A stretch of DNA of 64,000 bases from Hemiscyllium ocellatum (taxonomy: Eukaryota), in the NCBI RefSeq assembly GCF_020745735.1, contig NC_083427.1, positions 744,001 to 808,000 on the forward strand, given 5' to 3'. The translations under genes and the position numbers were made by a program. The notes below the pieces were generated by a model. The model was not told the origin of the DNA and made no database searches. It saw only the letters and a list, made by a program, of their open reading frames with translations. Below, piece after piece: positions 39,606 through 52,539 of this stretch (the stretch's first letter is position 1; each line of letters begins with the position of its first letter).

Positions 39606-39633
39606 GGGGGGGGGGGGTCGGGGGGGGGGGGGG
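39606..39633 (+). repeat. Poly-G tract (G12-TC-G14)
   Basis: Read directly. Confidence 0.85.
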
Positions 39634-40091
39634 AGAATGTTCAGAGTAGCTTAGGGGAGAGATAAGTTGTCTGGTGGAACGGAGATAGAAATTTGTTATT
39701 GGAAGGGGTGCGACAGAAACAACAGGTATGCGCCAATATGTTTATTTGGAACATTTATTATATAGATCATTTTTTAGGCAGGACTTTAAAATACCCATTG
39801 GTGATAACGATCTCAATGACCTTCTGTGCTTAAAATGCATCGACCATCACGATGTGGTAAATTTTCTCTGTCTCTACCGGTCTTCCTTGCTCTACAACTC
39901 TCTTTTATTCCTGTCAGTTTTTTCCTCACACACAAACAAACCCATGACACACGAGAGAGAGAGAAAGAGGGAGAGAGACGGTTGCATTTTTCATCCCTTC
40001 CTTGTTCACTGATTTTGACATTCTTGTTGCAGTCCTGATTACATTATTGGATCAGGGACCAGAATCTGAATCTCTGATTTCTCTCTGACAG

Positions 40092-40388
40092 AGATAGCTG
40101 TATTATTGAGGGATCCATTGGTTGAAGAAATCTGGATCAATAAAAGTGCCATTCTGGTTTGTGAAGTGCTTTCTACAGTTTCCAGTGGGGTAGTTATCTC
40201 TTGGATGGTGGATGGAAAGGTGCGGAATGAAGGCGTTCAAATTGAAGCAGCGAACAGAAACCAATATGTGACAATCAGCCGCTTGACTAGCACCGTGGAC
40301 GAGTGGCAGAGTGGGGTGGAATACACATGTTCTGCAAAACAGGATCAATCATCACCCGCAGTATCAAAACGAACAAGAATGGCAAGAG
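40092..40388 (+). CDS. IgNAR: IgNAR C2 exon
   Basis: ctctctgacag| (E)IAVLLRDPLVEEIWINKSAILVCEVLSTVSSGVVISWMVDGKVRNEGVQIEAANRNQYVTISRLTSTVDEWQSGVEYTCSAKQDQSSPAVSKRTRMAR G|gttggt. 297 nt. Confidence 0.96.
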
Positions 40389-40468
40389 GTTGGTGACAAG
40401 AACTATGTATTTGTACATGTCATTTTATGAGCGAGGAAATACTAAAAATATATGTACTTCTATTACAG

Positions 40469-40786
40469 TTAAATCAATGAAGCCATATATCCGCCTCCTG
40501 CCTCCATCACCAGAAGAAATTCAGAACAGCAGCTCTGCTACTCTCACATGTTTGCTGAGAGGATTCTATCCTGACAAAATAAGCGTTTTCTGGGAGAAAG
40601 ATGGAGCTTCTGTCAACGAGAACATCACCAATTTCCCCACTGCTCTGGAACAGGACCTGACCTACAGCGCACGGAGCCTCCTCATTTTACCTGCAGCGGA
40701 ATGGAAGAGTGGCGCAAAATACACCTGTACTGCCTCGCATCCACCTTCACAGTCCACTGTGAAAAGGGTCATCAGAAGCCCGAAAG
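40469..40786 (+). CDS. IgNAR: IgNAR C3 exon
   Basis: ctattacag| (V)KSMKPYIRLLPPSPEEIQNSSSATLTCLLRGFYPDKISVFWEKDG...YTCTASHPPSQSTVKRVIRSPK G|gtaagg. 318 nt. Confidence 0.97.
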
Positions 40787-41451
40787 GTAAGGACAGTGTT
40801 CTAGCAACCATGTTCAACATTAACACATTGTGTTAAATATCAACAGAACATGAAATCTTAACCAAACATTCTAAGGTTCCAGCAATTTTAAAGTGCACAA
40901 GATCTCTGGGAATGAAACACCTTTATCAAACTGTACATGGCTATGAGGTAAACAGCAGAAGCAATAACATCCACAAGCGCATGGTCTCAAGGAGTGTGAA
41001 GACTGCTGATATTAAAAAAAGGAAGGAACCTCTTGTGGCGCATTGCCCTCTTGTGGCATCCTGGACCAAGATGCTTGTGTTTACTTTCCACCTCCTCCAG
41101 AGTTGTGTGTTGAGGTGTCTGAACAGGTTGACGAGAAAAATAGGTTAACTAAAAACTTATGTTAAGAGAAAGGGCTGAAACACAAGGTTAATGCTTGAAG
41201 GCGTGTTGTCTTTCGAGAACAATGAAATTTGTTGAGAGGATGATTGTGTCGAAATGATTTTGTGTTTTGCTTGCTTCTGTCACTGCTTCATGCTCCTCCT
41301 TTGATACCAGCTCGAGCGGTTGCTGACAGTCAACTGAAAGGTACTTAGAAATGCAAACATTTCTCGACGAGTAGAATTCATGCACATGAATTAATGTGTG
41401 CATTGGAAGGATTATATTATTCAGCCCTTTGACCATGGAGATCACATGGAG

Positions 41452-42468
41452 GACAGTGACAATGGATGTTGTAGATTACCGATGGACAGAGGTAAGATGC
41501 AGCCCTGGATTGAGGGTGCCAAGTGGAATTTAATGCGGAAAGCTGTGAGGTGGTTCACTCTGGAAATAGTTAAATGTGTCAAGAGTACAAGGGGTACATG
41601 GTGAGATGTTTGATGCAGAGAAACCTTCTCTCAAGAAGAAAATTGGTAAGACGGGATAGTACTGCAATAACAACAAAATAGAATTGATTTCGGAAGTCTG
41701 AATTGAAAAATAATATTTCGAAGAGGAAGAGCAGGAACGGCAGAATCTATGTAGAGAAAAATAGGTGCAGATGAGCAGAGGGATCTCAATGTCCATGTGC
41801 AGAGATCCTTGGAAGTTGCCACCCATGTTGATAGAGTTATTAAGAAGAATTAAGCTATTTTAGTTTTGATTGGTAGAGGGAATGAGTTTCGGAACCATGA
41901 GTTCATATTACCTCTGTGAAAAACTCTGGTGCGGCCACAGTTGAAGTATTGCGTAGAGTTCTCGTCACCACACTATAGGAAGGATTTGGAAGTTTTGTAA
42001 AGGGTTCAAAGGAGATTTACTGGGATGCTGCCTGATACAGAGGCAAGTTCTTATCAGAAATGCTGATGGACGTGAGAATGTTTTCGTCAGAGTGAAGAAG
42101 TTTGGGATGTGACTTCATTGAGATATATAAGATAATCAGAGGCTAAGATAGGGTGGACAATGAGAGCCTTTATCTTCGATTGGCAATGGATAGCACGCAG
42201 GGACATAGCTTTAACTTAAGTGTGATAGACACGGACAGAGGTCTGAGGTAGTTCCTTTACTCACAGAGTAGTAGGAGCATGGAACGCACTGCCTGCTACA
42301 GTCATTGACTCGCAAACTTGAAAGACATTTACATGGTCATTGGATATGGATATGGACGAGAATGGCATAGGGTAAGTTAGATTGGCTTCAGAGTTGTTTT
42401 ACAGGTCGGGGAAAGATCGAGGGCCGAAAGGCTTGCACTGCGTTGTAATGTTCCATGTTTCATATTCT
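41452..42468 (+). mobile_element. CR1 LINE fragment in the C3-C4 intron, interrupted by a 150-bp insertion
   Basis: CR1 RT C-terminal sequence (KWNLM..SCEVVH.G; 'cagagggatctcaatgtccatgtgcagagatcc'; 3' tail) lies on both sides of 41616-41765. Confidence 0.85.
41616..41765 (+). pseudogene. Duplicated fragment of the IgNAR C4 exon 3' end and downstream intron (copy of 44159-44308)
   Basis: Ungapped alignment with 8 mismatches in 150 nt (~95%). It retains the last 30 nt of C4 and the donor ATTG|gtaaga. Confidence 0.93.
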
Positions 42469-43867
42469 AGATGATTAATTTCATTTTGATCAGTATTTTT
42501 TTCACAATTCCATTCCCGCCTCTATCACTTAATTGCATGAGCTGAAAGGTTTTGAAAAAGCAAGACTATTTGGATGGAACTGATCATGGAACGTAAAATA
42601 TGAACCACCTATTGAGGAAGAAATGGTAATGGAGCGCAACTGAACTCAGGTCGCGAATCGACAAATTCATGTTAACAGTCTGCTAGGTTGAACAGAGTCG
42701 CAGCGGAATAGATGAACTCAGGACAGCCAGAGGAAAAGCAAGTATTCATACTTAAGAGTTTGGAATGCGAGACAGTAATATTAATCAACAAGAGAGTAGT
42801 TTTTTCAATATTCTCCCTCCCAGACAACCTGACAGAGGCAGTGACATAACAGAGGAACTGCATAAGCTTTGCAATATGCGCACAAAATAAAATTATGCCG
42901 TTTGAAGTACAGAATAGACATGAAGCATCATTCCTCACAAGTATTATTGAAACTTTCAGAGATAACCCGTTCTGTGAATTTTGTAATTGTACGAAAATTT
43001 AAGGTAACAATACAAGCAGAACATTCAAGAACCTTCTTTTCATTTGTACTTTACGTCATGCACAAAGAAAGTAACTGTTATTGTACTAAGAGCAACCATT
43101 TTTCCTTTAGCAATCTAGAAGCATGCTTTCCCCTACGTTATGCATTCCTTTAAAATTATCACGATTCTGAACAACTGTTAGTTTTGGCTATTCCCAACAC
43201 CAGAGTTGAGAACTGAAAGACATGTGCTCGCAATATTTTAGATTTCCTCACTTAACACTCTTCAAAGATGAGTAATATGAAAAACATCTCTTGAATGGGT
43301 CCTTGACTGGAACTGAATCATGCAGCAAGTATCTTTTATTTTCAAATAAAAGCCTGCCTAGGAAATAGGGAGCAAAGTCAGTTGAAAGGATGCAATCAAT
43401 AAAATGCAGTTTGATACCAGTTCAATTTCTCCATGAGTTTTTCTGACACAGAGCAAATAATGTAAGCTCATGTACAGGGGACACATATGATATGTGTTTG
43501 CTCGTCTGGGATTGGATTCCGATAAATGCAGTTCATGTGGCAGCAACTGTCTTCTGACATTGGTAACTGCAATAGGTGAAAATGTGCAGCACTCGAATGG
43601 AGACATTAGACCTCAGTATACCCAAGGCAGAGCAGTTTCCAAATTGTTCAAGATTATATCAGAAATATTACTGAAGGCTTACCATAATATTCAGAGTGAA
43701 TGCAACCAGTACGAAAAGGAAGACACAGCATCTGATTAACTAAGCCTAAACGATCTCAGAAAACAGATAACATATCGCAGTAAGTAAAACTATTTCCAAC
43801 TCTAGTAGTGTTTTGGAATTGATTTCGATATCGCAGCCTGAAAACATGCATTCTTTTCTGTTTCCAG

Positions 43868-44188
43868 GTGATTGCCGTCAGACAGATATTGCTGTCCATC
43901 TACTGAAACCTCCGTTCGAAGAGATTTGGACACAAAAGACAGCGACCATTGTGTGTGAAATCATTTACAGCAACTTAGAAAACATCAACGTTTTCTGGCA
44001 GGTGAATGGGGCTGAAAGAACAAAAGGAGTCAAGACAGAAAATCCTGTTTGGAACGGAAGTAAATTCACCATTTTGAGCAAACTTAAAGTCATTGCGTCA
44101 GAGTGGGACAGCGGTGCCGAATATGTTTGCTTGGTAGAAGACAGTGAATTACCAACACCAGAGAAAGCTTCTCTCAAGAAGAAAATTG
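43868..44188 (+). CDS. IgNAR: IgNAR C4 exon
   Basis: ttttctgtttccag| (G)DCRQTDIAVHLLKPPFEEIWTQKTATIVCEIIYSNLENINVFWQVNG...YVCLVEDSELPTPEKASLKKKI G|gtaagt. 321 nt. The N-terminal Cys matches the known inter-chain disulfide position. Confidence 0.97.
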
Positions 44189-44454
44189 GTAAGTCGGGAT
44201 AGTACTGCAATAACAACAAAATAGAATTGATTTCGGAAGTCTGAAATGAAAAAAAATATTTCGAAGAAACAGAGCAGGAATGGCAGAATCTATGTAGAGA
44301 AAAATAGGGTTAACCTTTCCAGTCCAGTATGTATCTTCCTAAAAATAGTAATTTACGATATTTTGATATAAGCCTGACTCATAAACTAGTTCAATGGAAA
44401 AAGAAATCCTGTCAAACCATTAATGCATTACAGTAAATGGCCCCAAATCAGCAG

Positions 44455-44700
44455 CAGCAAGTGGCTCATTGGTTTTCACTGCTGCCTCAGGGCACAGGTT
44501 CAATTCCAACTCTGTGGAGAGGGTTCCCAAGTTGACGTGGGCTTCCATTGCGAGCTCCAGTTCTCGTCGACTATGTGCAAGTTAGATGGAATGGCAATGG
44601 GGTACGTGCTTTTGTCGGGAGTGGGTCTTGGAGGGATGCTCTTTGGCGTGTGGGTATGGACTTGTTGGGCCAAATGGCTTGTTAAAACGCTATGAGGAAA
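44455..44700 (+). mobile_element. Degenerate HE1-type SINE in the C4-C5 intron
   Basis: A-box-like 'gtggctcattgg', B box 'ggttcaattcc', and tail 'ggacttgttgggccaaatggc' similar to the 16.8-17.1 kb SINE. Confidence 0.7.
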
Positions 44701-44984
44701 TCATGGAAAGTCAATAGCCGTGGCTTCTTCTTTAATGAAAATGAGCGTGAAGAACTGTAAGTGGATGAATCATTTGCACCCCACGAATGGCAATCTTTAC
44801 AAAATGTATGATTGGATCCAAGATTTAAACCAGCAAAGTAGGGGACATGAAATGCTGTAGCATTCAGAAATATTTGCAGTCTGACAGATACTAAATATTT
44901 TATAAACTATATGCATTACTAGCAATGAAATTCTAACACAGATGTAAGATGGTCTCAGCTAAACAAACATCACTCTCTTTGCAG

Positions 44985-45367
44985 ACGACCAAATGCGTCC
45001 GCCTCAGGTTTATCTCCTGCAGCCATCGACAGACGAGATTGACGCTGAGAATTCAGCGACCCTTATGTGTCTCGTCACCAGCTTTTACCCAGCTGAGATC
45101 TACATTGGCTGGATGGCTAATGACACCCTTTTGGATAGCGGGTACCGAACCCAATTGGATAGCCAGGCGGGGAATGGTTCCAACTTCGTGACCAGCAGGT
45201 TGAGAGTCACAGCGGCGGAATGGAACAATGACATCACTTACTCCTGCTTAGTGGGGCACCCATCCCTCAGCCGGGAGTTAATCAGGAGTACAAATAAATC
45301 TCATGGTAAACCGACAGCTGTCAATGTTTCAGTCGTACTAAGCGATATTGTTAAAACCTGCACATAA
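44985..45367 (+). CDS. IgNAR: IgNAR C5 exon plus secretory tailpiece (internal donor after 45305 for the membrane form)
   Basis: ctctctttgcag| (D)DQMRPPQVYLLQPSTDEIDAENSATLMCLVTSFYPAEIYIGWMAN...YSCLVGHPSLSRELIRSTNKSH G|GTAAAC. The tail GKPTAVNVSVVLSDIVKTCT* has an NVS sequon and a penultimate Cys. Confidence 0.97.
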
Positions 45368-45687
45368 CTTGCAGTGATTGACTAACTGTTTTCCATAGAT
45401 AGGTTCATGTTACTATGGTAATAACTGTTAGAGTAACTGTTTAAGCATTTTCAATTCATTGCACGCATCAGTCACATTTAAGATCAGTGATCACTTTTGT
45501 AAAAAAGAAAGCAGCCACTGTTCCAAATTACATCTGTTGGTAAAAGATAATTAAGCTTAGACTCTGAAATGTAAAGAAAGCATTGTCTTTTAATTCTGAT
45601 CGTTCTGAAGATCGCTTGAAACGTTCCACCCCGCTACTGCAGGAAAAATACACCGTGTTTAAGTCTGTATGTGGCTCCGATGGTTGT

Positions 45688-45693
45688 AATAAA
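45688..45693 (+). terminator. Probable secretory-form polyadenylation signal AATAAA
   Basis: First AATAAA ~320 nt after the secretory stop, followed by T/GT-rich sequence. A second AATAAA lies at 45937-45942. Confidence 0.6.
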
Positions 45694-46736
45694 TGCAGAA
45701 TGGAAATACTTTGACTTACTTATTCTTGGTTTGCATGTATTGTACTTCCAGAAAGATGATTTTGACATTGATTGAAATGTGTGTGATACCCACTTGTGAG
45801 AAGTCAGCACTACAGCTTGTTTACACGTGCAGACCTTTAGAGCCACTCGGCTTCACTCTGAGTAAGCCACACTGATCCTCACCATTTTTGGCTGCACTCC
45901 TCCATCATGCAGAGCCAATGGGCAATTGCGTGGTTAAATAAAATGATTGAAGATATTGTGGTGTCAACTTGTTCAGTGTTGCGAATCAGTTCTCCAAATT
46001 GGTCTGACCTTCATGTAGCCAGTCTTGGAAAGCACTCTACGTCCAGTCGTGACGTCCAGTCATAGTCTGTCGTATTTGTGTTGCATTTTCACAAGGATCC
46101 CTGCTTGAGCCCTCATCCTCAGCAGGCTACACGCATTCCATCACAGAGATCATGCTAGCAAGCTCAGACTCCATTTCGACACTGATATCACATAATTCTC
46201 TCTCACAACCGTCTATTTTTCCTCTGTGTATGTCTAATACATTCGCAGACATGACATAAAATCAAACAATGCTTAATCCACAATCATTGCCCTTTTGTCT
46301 GTCGACAACTCAGGTTCGTCACTCATTGGCATCATTCAGCTTTTGTCCATTTCCTGTGGTGACAGTTGTTTTCTTTTCTGACTTGAAATTCGACATAAAT
46401 GGAATATTTAAGTCCATCAATCAACCCAAACGAAGACTGCCATTTTCTGGTTTGTGTGCTTTCACCAAAATCATATGATTCAAACTGACTGTTTCACCCA
46501 TTCGTTGTCTGCTATATATCTTTCACTCTCTATAGTCTTAAATTTACACCAAACTGAATTACCAGGTATATGAATTCGTTGAATTTCCCATTTACCCAAC
46601 ACTACTGAACTTTTCAACCATGTCTATTAATACTTCCCGTGCAAAACGCTTCCTCACTTATCAAAATAATATTCAGTGAGTCAAATTCGTGTTTGGATAC
46701 CCTTGCATTCATTTAACCTGTCTTTGCATGTATTCC

Positions 46737-46985
46737 ATAGAACATAGAACATAGAACAATACAGTGCAGAACAGGCCTTTCGGCCCTAAATGTTGCACCA
46801 ACATGTGGACTTTTCTCAGCTCGTCCCCATACACTATCCCCAAATCATCCATGAGCTTATCTAAGGATTGTTTAAATCTCCCTATTGTGGATGAGTTGAC
46901 TACCTTAGCATGTAGGGAATTCCACGCCCTTACCACTCTCGTGTAAATAACTTGCCTCTGACATCAATCTTAAATCTATCACCCA
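46737..46985 (-). mobile_element. CR1 3' end with (atagaac)n tail
   Basis: catagaacatagaacatagaac tandem tail; minus ORF VRAWNSL..KVV.SSTIGRFKQSLDKLMD. Confidence 0.8.
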
Positions 46986-48386
46986 TTAATTTGAAGTTAT
47001 AATACAGTTATAATTCTGATACAGTATGAAGAATTTCACTCTTACAGCATCATTCCTGCGTCAGTGTAAGAATCGTTGCTTCGAACGTCACCCGTGAAGA
47101 AACTCCACACTAACCCTAAATATTAGCAGGCGAAATCAGAGTCCACCTGGAAACATCCATTTGAAGTATTATATGTGGATGCAAATCCATTATCAATCAG
47201 CTGATTCTATCGTTGGTGTAATAGAGTTATGTCATTTCCAACCTGTGCACCAAACAGACCATTTTCCATGTATCAGTAGGTCTCCCAGCATCTGTGGAGA
47301 GAAAGCATTATTATTTTGTTCACGTGACCTTTATTAAAACCAACGAGGAAGGGTCACTCGAAACGAAATGTTATCTCTGAGTTATCTCCACCGATGCTGA
47401 CAGTTGGATTGGTATATAAATAGGAATGATTTATAAGGATATGGGTCAAGTGCTGGCAGGCCGGTCTAGATTGGGTTGGGATATCTGGTTGGCATGGACG
47501 GGTTGAACCGGAGGGTCGGTTTCCATGCTGTACATCTCTATGACTCTATGACTGTATGTCCTGAGTCTTTTGAGCAATTTTTACTTTAGTTTATGATTTG
47601 CAAGATCAACAGATTTTTTTTTACTTTTTTATTTAAAGTGTCATGGCTGAAATAGTGCACACAATAAGCTGAAACCAATGCAGCAATCTGGAGAGTTGGT
47701 TGGCAGGCTTGTGTCTAGATTCAACTGCATCTATGATGCCTCTTCTCCCCCCAAAAAACTAAATTTTGACATGGGAGGAAAAACTGTTGAGCAAAGCATT
47801 TGAAACATTCCGAATCTGCAAGGCACAAATTTCACATTGGCTATTCTGATTCGAAGTTTTTCGTGAGGTTATGTGTTCTGAATAGTTTATGAGGGAAGAA
47901 TGCAAAGGATTGTGGTTCTGAAATGTATACATGACCACGAAAGCCTACGCCATTGGTCAGGTGTAAGATAGCACGCTCAGGTCACCTGCTTTGGTAAACA
48001 TACATGTCTGAACAGCTGGTCATGAATGTGATGAAATGTTTTGACATTCAGCAGATTTCGCAGTTTCAGGACATGAAATACTTATTTTCAGTCGATTGTA
48101 TCTCTGCTTTGCTTTTCGATGTGACAAAACTCCATGTTGAAAGGCATATCTGTGCGTGGATAGATCTGTTCAACGTGATGTGACAACTGTTCGTGCTGGA
48201 TTGGTGATTGGAGAGTTCATTTTCAATTGTCTGTTCTGTGTATCTGTACATGAGGCTGTCTCTGAGTGGGAAAATTTCGAAACAAGTTTTGCTTTTGATG
48301 AGTTTCCCCGTGGTAGGCAATTACACAAAATATTGAGGCATGGGATTGAGTGTGCTTTCACGGTTTGGATCAAAAATTGGCGAGCT

Positions 48387-49415
48387 GAAAGAAGAAGGTG
48401 GTGCTTGATGGGAAATATTCTTCGTGGAGTTCAGTTACTAGTGGTGTACTGCAAGGATATGTTTGGGGTCCACTACTGTTTGTCATTCTTATAAATAACC
48501 TAGGTGCAGCATAGAAGGATGGCTCAGGAAATTTGTGGCTGACACTAAGGTCGGTAGATTTGTGGATTGTGCCAAAGGATCTTGTGGATTACAGAGAGAC
48601 AGAGATAAACTGTAGAGCTATGCTCAGATGCGACAAATGGAGTTTAATGCGGAAAGGTGTGATGTAATTGACTTTGGAAAGAATAGCAGGAATAAAGAGC
48701 ACTGGGCTAATAGTAAGATTCTTGGTTGTGGAGAGGAACAGAGAGATCTCAGTGTCCATGTACACAGATGCTTGAAAGTTGCCTCCCATGTTGATAGGGT
48801 TGTTAATAAGACATACAGTGTGTTAGCTTTATTTGTTAGAGGGATTGAGTTTCGGAGTCATACGGTCATGCTGCAGCTTTGCAAAACTCTGGTGTGGCCG
48901 CACTTGGAGTATTTTGTACAGTTCTAGTCACCGCATTATAGGAAGGATGAGGAAGATTTGGGAAGGGTTCAGACGATATTTACTCTGACTTTGCCCGGTA
49001 TGAAAATAAGACCTTATGAGCAAAGTCTGACCGACTTGAGGGTGTTTTCAAGAGAGAGAAGAAGGTTGGAGGTGACTTAATTGATACATACAAGATAATC
49101 AGATAGTTAGATAAGGTGGACAGTGAGATCATTTTACCTCGGATAGCAATGGCTCACTCGAGAGGACATAGCTTTAAATTGCAGAATGATAGTTTCTGGA
49201 CACTTGTCTGAGGTAGTTGCTTTACTCAAAAAATAATAGGGGATTGAACGCACTGCCTGCAAGAATAGCAGACTCGCCAACTTAATGACACTTAAATGGT
49301 CATTGGCTCGGCATATGGACGAGAATTGAATAATGTTGTTTAAATATACTTCCGATTGATTTCACAGGTCGGTGCTACATCGATGGCCTTGTACTGCACT
49401 ATAATCTTCTATGTT
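48387..49415 (+). mobile_element. CR1 LINE fragment
   Basis: ORF 48628-48927 (QMEFNAERCDVIDFG...LCKTLVWPHLEYFVQF) plus CR1 3' tail. Confidence 0.88.
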
Positions 49416-50699
49416 CTGTGTTCTTTGTGGGATCTGGTTCTGCAGTGGCTGCTTTGTTGTATATTAGAAATACCGTGCTGTATACTGTCCAGCTATTCCG
49501 TGCTGGTGGGGGTGCAGGTAACCACAGTAGATTCCTCAGGTCATGTAATGGGGTATCTATCCATGTCGGAAACTACTGACATGCTGCTACTAACAAGAAT
49601 CTGTACATGTACAATCTTGCGTAACATGATGACAATACAAACGGCGAAGCTTTTTATGTGGTATCTGTTCATGCTAAAAAAGACACTCATTTACTGAGGG
49701 TTCCCTGACATTACGTTTTGGTTAGTTGTTGAATTATGAAAGCCACCATTCTATGTCAGGTATTTGAAGCATACGGTTTGGATGGACAGAACTGAAACAA
49801 AGTTTGGGAATTGCCTTCTATCTATTTCTCAATTTTGCAGTCGAGATCCGCTGTGCCATCGTAACCCGTCACTTTCATTGTTCTCTCCTCAGTAATTCGA
49901 TAGCAACTCACCCAACTCCACTGAAGTCTTGTTATCAATTGCATATGCGTAAACTAAACTGATTTGCTTTTGGGATGCGATAGATGCCAGTTGCAGCTGT
50001 TGCTGAGAACACACAGCAGATCAGTTCAAACCGAAATGGCATTGACAGACTAAAGCACTGGACGTGAGCTTTGAATACATTCTGTGAAGCAGTTTATTTT
50101 GTGACAAGTAAGGACACTTCTGCGATCACGATTGTTTTGGATGAAATGTCCAAATGCCTGAATACATTATGAACACTAATTTCTTCACATTAACTATACT
50201 GGTGTGAATTCAAGATTTCTTGATGACAGACATTATATTGTTATGAATTAAGGTTTCATTAATTTGAAGAACACATTGCATCAGTTGAAATGGAATGCCT
50301 AAACTATCTTTCTATTGTTGGACGATTATATCAAGTGATGCAGTGTAAGAAACAACATTTGTGCACTCATTATTCCTAAGCTGCTTCAATGATTATGAGG
50401 ATACCATACAAGATTTCCAGCATTGTCAGTGGCAATTAACTACGTGGGTCGTGATAAGAAAGCAAGGAGGCTCCAAACTGATATGGACAGTCTGATGCCT
50501 GGGCAAGAAGAGATCAGATGGATTATTTTGTAGATTAATAACAAGTTTATCCTCTTTTTCATAACGGCCTTCAATGAGGAGTATCTCTGAAAAGCCAGGA
50601 GAATGGGAAATGTTCATGCTAAAAGGGAATTGTGAGTCTGACTATATTAGTTATTGAAATCTAACAAATGCAAGAAAGAGATGGAATGCTGAGAGGGTT

Positions 50700-51380
50700 G
50701 GTGTAAAGACAACAATCAATAAAACGAAGGAGTCGAGCATTGCCTTGTGGAAGTGAAGCTGATGGCATGCCCTTGTCTGCATCAATAGTGCGGAGATGAG
50801 GTTCGTCCACAGTGTCAAGGTTCTGGAAGTGATTCCGACCAACAACCTGTCTGGTCTATCCATGTCGTCTCAATGTTCAAGGGAACAAAAGAGCATCTCT
50901 ACTTCCTCAGGAGGCTGAAGGAATTTTGACATGTCCACAACCACTCTTAAAAATTTTCACAGATGCACCATCGACAACCTTCTCTGTGCATGCATCATAG
51001 TGCGATTTGGTAACAGCTTCTCCCATTACCACAAGAAACTGCAAGAGTCATGAATACAGCCCCGTCCATAACATAACCCAGCCTTCCAGCATTGAAGACG
51101 TGTTGATTTTCCATTGTCTTGGGAAACCAACCAATTGAATCAAAAACCGCTTTCACTCCTGCTACGTTTTCTTCCAGCCTCTTCACTCAGAGAGAAGATA
51201 TAAAAGTTTGTGCACATGAGCAAATAGATTCAAAAAAAGCTTCTTCCCTGCTCTATTAGATTCCTGAATGGAACTTTCAAATATTATATTTCATGTTGAT
51301 CTCGCTCTGTTCCTCTTATCTGCAGATGTAAATTTTTATATTCGCTCTGTCCGAGGACCCTATATACTTTGTTTGGTATG
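50700..51380 (+). mobile_element. Rex1/Babar-type LINE 3' fragment
   Basis: Decayed translation ..KVL.V..TNNLS(W)S.H....K...HLYFLRRLK.F.MS...L.NF.RCTI....CI...FGN matches the Rex1 RT C-terminus as I recall it. Confidence 0.65.
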
Positions 51381-52539
51381 ATCTGCCTGCAGTGCACCTA
51401 TGTATGTGTCAATAATAATTCCAATCAAATCAAATTTGTTAGAAAGCAATGAACAGCAACTATTTTAAGGAGTTCAAACGAAGTAAATTTGAATGCGAAT
51501 GCACGTATTGCTTCATATTTGTAGTATTGCTAAGATTGCACCGAGACATAGTGCAAAATCTGTTAACTTCACTTAAATTAGGCTGCAACTTCCTTTCAAA
51601 TGAATTGTGATGGACATCCAGATGACAAATTTGTGAGATTGACGGACCAACCTATGAAACAACTTTGAAGAAATAGCACTAATAGTTTGAGCTAATCAAA
51701 TAATCAGAGATTGACCGAGCATGTACATGACAGTGTACAGTTGGTGTTTGATGTTAATGACATTAGTGGCAATGTGGATGTATGGAAAAATTACTCGAGG
51801 TAGGCGATCCAATACTGTCGAGAATGGTGAATCAGTATCAAGGGGTGGGGCAGACTGCTCCATGCTTCCATATTCCTGTCATCTCAACAGCAGAAAGCTA
51901 CAGAATCGAAGATAATTAAAACAAAAAGGAGAGTAGCAAATCAACGAGAGAATGAATAAAATGATGGAAATGTTAAGGCATTCCTAAGTATGTTTTCATT
52001 GAGCTATGTCGGGTAAGAAGGTGAATAATGAAAGCATTGGGGAGAACAGGACTGGCCATTGTAACTGTTTCTGAGAGAATTCTTTGTCTTCACTAAGGAG
52101 GGGATTAATGCAAAGAGTGTAATTGAAAAAAAGATTCCAGTCAAATTTTAGATTAAATATTTATGAGAATGAAAGTATTGTAGAGTGAAAACACCTGGAA
52201 AGTGCATATATATTTCGTGGTAAAAGGAACCCAGTGAGGAAATAATAGATGCTCAAAGGATCATTTGCCAATTCTCACGAAATGTATGTGATGTAGCAGA
52301 TAATTATAATTGTAAGTCTACAACTATTCCAGCCTCGAAAATGTCTTGATAGTCGACCAGAAAGTTAAAGGCCAGTCAGTCTGTACTCCATGGAGGACTC
52401 GTTACGATAACCAATTATAAAAGGTCAGGTGGAATGGTACTAAGAAAGAGATGGACTAATCTTGGGAAGTCAGAATGAATTTGTGAAGTGAACATCGTGT
52501 GTTATCAAGTTCAGCGATTTTTTTTGGTGCAATGGCATC

